Shown one piece after another: positions 62,527-64,000 of a DNA stretch of 64,000 bases. Below the pieces are notes generated by a model, which saw only the letters and a program-made list of their open reading frames with translations, did not search any database and had not been told where the DNA came from. Position 1 is the first letter of the stretch, and each line of letters opens with the position of its first letter. A program made the translations under genes and the position numbers. The stretch comes from Eledone cirrhosa (lineage: Eukaryota): contig OZ024743.1 in the NCBI GenBank assembly GCA_964016885.1, positions 372,868,001-372,932,000 on the forward strand, read 5' to 3'.

Positions 62527-62530
<4 letters not shown>
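58858..62530 (+). mobile_element. Full-length RTE LINE family B (5' boundary may extend to 55123)
   Basis: C-rich leader, single ORF, 3' UTR, CCATGCTAGCGTGG stem-loop and (GAT)n tail. Confidence 0.92.
59107..62226 (+). CDS. Intact RTE-clade LINE ORF (family B): APE endonuclease + reverse transcriptase with inserted PHD-type finger
   Basis: 1039 aa uninterrupted; [79 protein letters not shown]. Confidence 0.97.
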   Translation: MNLRATKHPREAPTQRPSPTSVDKCPKLRVGTINVGSMKGRAGEIVEMLERKEVDVCCVQETRWRGGSARVLVGKSQCYKFFWVGNDDGMGGVGILLADKWVDKVISVYRVNARIIKLRLVLNKTITTIISAYAPQSGLPDELKDRFYESLIHTTALTDDKDFLIIAGDFNGHVGKHCDGFNRVHGGHGVGTRNEEGFRLLEFCDANDMSICNTNFKKPDNHLITYRSGEHSSQLDFILIRGRDRWTVVNTKAFPSEECTSQHSLVVSDLTVRTRRALKQRPTWRRKIWKLKVPSTSNRFKDILLNAYDSKEEQIETFNVEENWEFLKNNLLEATDEVCGWSKTSSRRRVTWWWNNKVDEAVKAKRQAWKEWKNGGSRVHYIETKREARRQVYLARREAEDRKFKHVLQREDQKQEVFKIARQCVRDSCDVIGEKCIRNDKGELALTSAEKKDAWKSHYDRLLNEENAWEEETLPHVDPIEGPAVQVSGSVVSKAIRDMKIGKATGPSGIAAEMLKASGSVGHTITTRIVNQVILEGAIPKDWCSSIIVNCYKGKGDALDRGNYRGIKLMDQVMKVTERVIAQLIRDRVNIDEMQFGFVPGKGTTDALFLVRQLQEKYLAKSKPLYLAFVDLEKAFDRVPRAVIWWALRKLGVDEWLVKAVQAMYRGAVSKVRIGNEYSEEFSVQVGVHQGSVLSPLLFIIVLQAITEEFKTGCPWELLYADDLALIAESMVELENKFQTWKQGLERKGLKVNMTKTKVLISRRENRTQIPSGKWPCSVCRKGVGRNSILCPKCKQWVHKRCSGISGSLIKNVGFTCSSCAETASKQPQETSTTNLWEGPVETVDSFCYLGDRISNGGGCSESTITRVRTGWKKFRELLPLLAAKGFSLRMKGRLYDACIRTAMLHGSETWALKVEDLRRLERNEACMLRWMCNSNIRERQSINELRERLSIRGIKCCVQERRLRWYGHVMRMKDDSCIKRCRALEVDGNRGVGRPKMTWDEVIKADLTQLHLSKSMTHDRDFWRHAVIQGTRPPMGTC

Positions 62531-62565
<35 letters not shown>

Positions 62566-62567
62566 AA

Positions 62568-62910
62568 GGAGGCACATGGCTTAATGGTTAGAGCATTGGC
62601 CTTGCAATCGAAAGGTTGTGAGTTCAATTCTCAGACCGGGTGATGTGTTGTTTCCTTGAGCAAGACACTTTATTTTCACGTTGCTCCAGTTTACTCAGCT
62701 GTAGAAATGAGATGATAGGGACTGGGGTCCATATCATACCACTGCAAAGTGGTCGTGGAGGTGCCATGGCAAAAAAGCACCCAGCACTCACTGTAAATGA
62801 GGTTGGTGTTAGGAAGGGCATCCAGCTGTAGAAATCAAGCCAACATCAGTTCCCGTCGCACCCTTGCAAGCAAGGAAAAAGCGGACGTAAAATGAAATGA
62901 TGATGATGAT
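62568..62910 (+). mobile_element. Full-length tRNA-derived SINE (family 1)
   Basis: Near-identical to 26951-27294; A and B boxes; (GAT)n tail. Confidence 0.88.
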
Positions 62911-63218
62911 GAGAATCACCTACAACATGTCTTAATTTATGATATGATAGAATCACCTAACATGTCTTACCTTGATATGATAAAATCACCTACAACATGT
63001 CTTAATTTATGATATGATAGACTCACCTACATGTCTTACCTTATGATACGATAGACTCACAACATGTCTTAACTTATGATATGATAGACTCACCTACAAC
63101 ATGTCTTACCTTATGATGTGATAGACTCACCTACAATATGTCTTACCTTATGATATGATAGACCCACCTACAACGTGTCTTACCTTATGATATGATAGAC
63201 TCACTTACAACCATGTCC
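62911..63218 (+). repeat. ~35-bp minisatellite, right part
   Basis: Same unit and orientation as 54133-55123. Confidence 0.9.
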
Positions 63219-63883
63219 TATCATGTTTAGTCTCCACTCCCCTTGTGTAAGGGTTTTGGTTGTGTCTGATCTAACAGCAATTGTGTGTGTACCTGACTAA
63301 TCATAAATAAATTACATCAGATGACCTATCTTTGAGGTTTCTGAAATATTTCTAAGCACGAAAAGATTTATATACAAAAAGAAAGAAAGAACGAAAGAAA
63401 GAAAGAATCTAAGATATTTGCAATAATCTCAGAATAGACATCACAAGCTGAACATTTGAGAACTTGAATATTTTTGTGGAACCTGCCTGAAAATAACCTT
63501 CAATATTACAATAGCTTCAAGCTTATCTAACTTACAATTATCTCTGAATCATGACACCTGCCCTAGTTAATTTTTTATTCAAAATTCAGATCATGATTTT
63601 CAAATATCAACTGATGGAATATTTCTTACAGAACAATATCTCCTGGAATTCTCGAGCAAAAGGCTTAACTTCATTACAAACAACAAGTATTTTAAGACTA
63701 AAAGTTTCTGTCTACCAAATTCTACTCAAAATATTTCTTAGAGAGAGAACAATATCTCCTCGTATTTTCTATTACAGCGGTCACCAACATTTCAGACCTC
63801 ACAGATCACTAAATTCATAATTTTAAATTCCACGGACTACTAATATGAATTTTTTTCAAAAGATAGATACATTAAAATTTTTC

Positions 63884-63948
63884 TGCAGACCACCAGAATT
63901 TCCTCTTGAACCACCAGTGGTCTGCGGACCACTGGTTGGCAACCACTG
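63884..63948. mobile_element. Possible hAT-type MITE terminus
   Basis: Ends GGTTGGCAACCACTG (reverse complement CAGTGGTTGCCAACC), resembling hAT TIRs; no partner TIR seen. Confidence 0.3.
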
Positions 63949-64000
63949 CTCTATCAAGAAGCCTAACTTTATTACAAACAACAAGGATTTTAAGGCTAAA

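Overview
This is repeat-saturated animal DNA with no recognisable host exon. The repeat types (RTE LINEs with (GAT)n tails, tRNA-derived SINEs, abundant (TA)n) suggest a cephalopod/octopus genome, which is an inference. Bases 1-22272 are a compound minisatellite with a 36-nt core separated by (GGT)n of variable length; it produces the huge Gly/Trp/Pro ORFs. Bases 22.3-64 kb are nested mobile elements: at least three RTE LINE families that all carry a PHD-type finger inside the RT domain (one copy has an intact 1039-aa ORF), Penelope-like element (PLE) fragments, an Hsmar2-like mariner, MITEs, a Helitron-like element and two SINE families. Main observations: (i) a ~556-bp hierarchical tandem array fused to the 5' end of the intact RTE, with the whole block interrupting a ~35-bp minisatellite; (ii) a dense cluster of hammerhead-ribozyme motifs in fold-back elements inside (TA)n; (iii) a PLE whose RT and GIY-YIG halves are inverted; (iv) a SINE whose 3' half is chimeric between two RTE families. 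All comparisons were made by eye; no database searches were run.
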